From assembly GCF_006345805.1 (NCBI RefSeq), contig NC_043006.1, forward strand, positions 25,668,001-25,732,000: a DNA stretch of 64,000 nt, written 5' to 3'. The position numbers and the translations under genes are program-made. This document shows, piece by piece, positions 1 through 64,000 of this stretch. The notes beneath the pieces are model-generated. The model was not told the origin of the DNA. It did no database searches and was given only the letters and a program-made list of their open reading frames with translations. Source of the DNA: Octopus sinensis. Lineage: Eukaryota. The first letter of the stretch is position 1. Each line of letters starts with the position of its first letter.

Positions 1-14
1 TAAAAAACTGCATT

Positions 15-155
15 TGGTGGCGAGGTTCCAGTGTGAGAGTTCTGAAGTTGTGGGGATGTATGAAGTCATCCCTTAATTACCATTACTCCCAGAACTATTC
101 TAACCTGGAATGGTAGTACCTGTCAGAGTTCCATCTATGGGTGAAATAGATCTTT
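15..155 (+). mobile_element. Old SINE-like fragment
   Basis: Body sequence ...ccttaattaccattactccc...tggtagtacctgtcagagttccatctatgggtgaaataga, of a type I recognise as a dispersed SINE core; diverged. Confidence 0.35.
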
Positions 156-714
156 GTAAGGGTAGATTGAGCCCCTTAGTTCTGGTCAAAGCAGTCAATC
201 TAGAGGAAGGAAAACTCCAAAATTAATACCTTCTTCCAATATGCCCTAAGCCAGCAAGGATGAGTATTGGCTGATGAAACTAGCATGAGGTATTTAACTA
301 TGTTAAAGGAAGGGATGGAGGCAAAGGCCTGTAGTCATTCCAGAATATCCTTGAATGCCATATTGTATCACTCAGACCATGCCTACTGAATTTGTAGAGA
401 GAGAAGTGAGTACATTGCATATTGTTATTAACAGGGAAAAAAATAACATATGAGATTAGATAAGCTCCTGAGTAGTGTTCTGAAATTACAAATGTTGCAT
501 GCAAATCAAGAGAAGCTGGACTGACCTACTTGAGCCAAAAGTTGGAGGAGAAATACTCACTTCACCAACTGACAATTAAACAAACTGGAGAATATCAGCC
601 TCTTCTGGACCTGTGATAGATACATCACATTTCACATAAAAGGCTATGTTATCCAGGAGGAGATATCTACTACCTCAACAAGAGAACTAAGATTGCCTGT
701 AGACCTTCATTTTG

Positions 715-870
715 TGATAGAAAATGTCAGTTGTGCTGAGTGAACTGGAGCAACGTGAAATAAAGTGTCTTGTTCAAGAACACAACACATAGTCCAGTCT
801 GGGAATTGAACTCACTACCTCATGATTGTGAGCCCAATACTCTAACTACTGAGCTATGTGCCTTCACATA
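715..870 (-). mobile_element. tRNA-derived SINE
   Basis: Minus strand has A-box (tagctcagtagttagag) and B-box (gagttcaattcccagac) followed by cttgaacaagacacttta. Confidence 0.7.
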
Positions 871-1628
871 AGGTATTGATATAGCTGGTAATAATCCCTG
901 AAATTCAATCCACTTCATGTGTTTTATTGTTTCACTGAGCTGCCACACCTCTAATTCATTTCTCCACTGTGAGCTCTGCACTATATTTCAACTTCACCAC
1001 TATCAGATAGTCACAATAAATAGTAAATCTTACCAATTTATATGAAATATATATCTTCATTATAGTTACTAAACCATGCAATTTCTAATGATTTTTCATG
1101 GTGACCACATGTTTATAACTTTGTCAGAATTCCAACTTGCATGTTACAGGAAAGCCTTCAATTATAACCAGTTATTAACTTTATTCAACATTGTGGAGAA
1201 TAAGTCATATACCTGGAATGATTCTATACTAAATCCTATAAATGGCCATCTAGGTGATTGCAAAAACTCATGGTTGGAAAGTAAAGGGAGTCTCTCTTAC
1301 TGCAACTGTAACAACTTTTCCTGCCATATCTACTCAATAGTTGTCCCTGCTATTCTTTCCCACTTCATCCTTACTCTCTCATCCTCACCCACCACAAAAC
1401 TTGCATAAAATATTTTCTTTATAGAACTTTGCCCCACAGTCCTTGTACATGTTTTGATATTGTCAACCTCCAGGAGTTCAAGATGACTATCAATCACATC
1501 AACCACCCCAATTTTTGAAGACACAAAATCATCCTGAATGATCTATTTCTTACTCTAAATAACAAAAATTACTAACAAAAATGATTAAATATGTTTAGAG
1601 TAGAATTGTCAGAATGAAAACAAGTTAC

Positions 1629-63588
<61,960 letters not shown>

Positions 63589-63779
63589 TCGAAAGTTTCC
63601 TTTTCTCACACTCGGCAAGAGAATGGCTAATTTGGTAAACTTTTTCTTAGCCACGAAAAGTGTTGATGCCCTGTTAACTTCGTTGGAGGTTCTGTTAAAA
63701 TCACATGTGCAGCTATTCTTATTCTCTCATTTATTAAACTTTCCTCCTTGAGCGTTTCCTCCTTGAGCGGAAATAATCA

Positions 63780-63822
63780 CTAAAATGAGTGGAAATGAAG
63801 TGAAACATTAACTTTATATATA
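63780..63822 (-). promoter_or_regulatory. Candidate core promoter (TATA box + initiator-like motif) of the MIB/HERC2-CUB gene
   Basis: Minus strand TATATAAAG at 63820-63812; CTCATTTT with its A at 63786, about 32 nt downstream of TATAAA; about 200 nt upstream of the predicted ATG. Confidence 0.4.
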
Positions 63823-64000
63823 GATACATGATAGTCTCACCGAAACTATCATTACTGGCACCAGAAATCACTCACAGCAAACTACTGTCCTTATTCTCTT
63901 CCTGGTTTAAATGTCATTCAATATTGTTGCAGTTGAATCGAACCATCCCTCACCCCCAAAACAACATTTAAAATATTAAAAATTGTCACACATTCTTTAC

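Noticed and set aside
1330-1524. ORF as the terminal exon of the CUB gene
   Set aside because: Its usable acceptors are phase 0 while exon 10 ends in phase 1; phase-1 readings hit stops at once.

Overview
This is AT-rich, microsatellite- and transposon-dense eukaryotic DNA. The repeat landscape (tRNA-derived SINEs, RTE tails ending in (GAT)n, Penelope palindromes) resembles an octopus genome; that is inference, not a database match. Almost the whole window is one minus-strand gene that the ORF track misses because its exons are short. I reconstructed 10 phase-compatible GT-AG coding exons from 63588 down to 1629, giving 964 nt (321 codons) with no internal stop. The protein is a signal peptide, a MIB/HERC2 domain, then two CUB domains. 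The last exon ends in a phase-1 donor and I found no further exon in 1-1628, so the gene probably continues beyond position 1. MIB/HERC2 is classically a cytosolic E3-ligase module, so a secreted or cell-surface version fused to CUB domains is the main finding. The introns contain Penelope-like-element (PLE) palindromes carrying hammerhead ribozyme motifs, including an intact type I motif at 11463-11523 and a U3-A8 core variant in a giant foldback. They also contain RTE, CR1/L2-like, Tx1-like and RLE-type LINE fragments, a Gypsy fragment, Tc1/mariner, hAT, piggyBac and Merlin-type elements, a Helitron 5' part, SINEs and two minisatellites. All calls were made by eye; transposon boundaries without TSDs are approximate.
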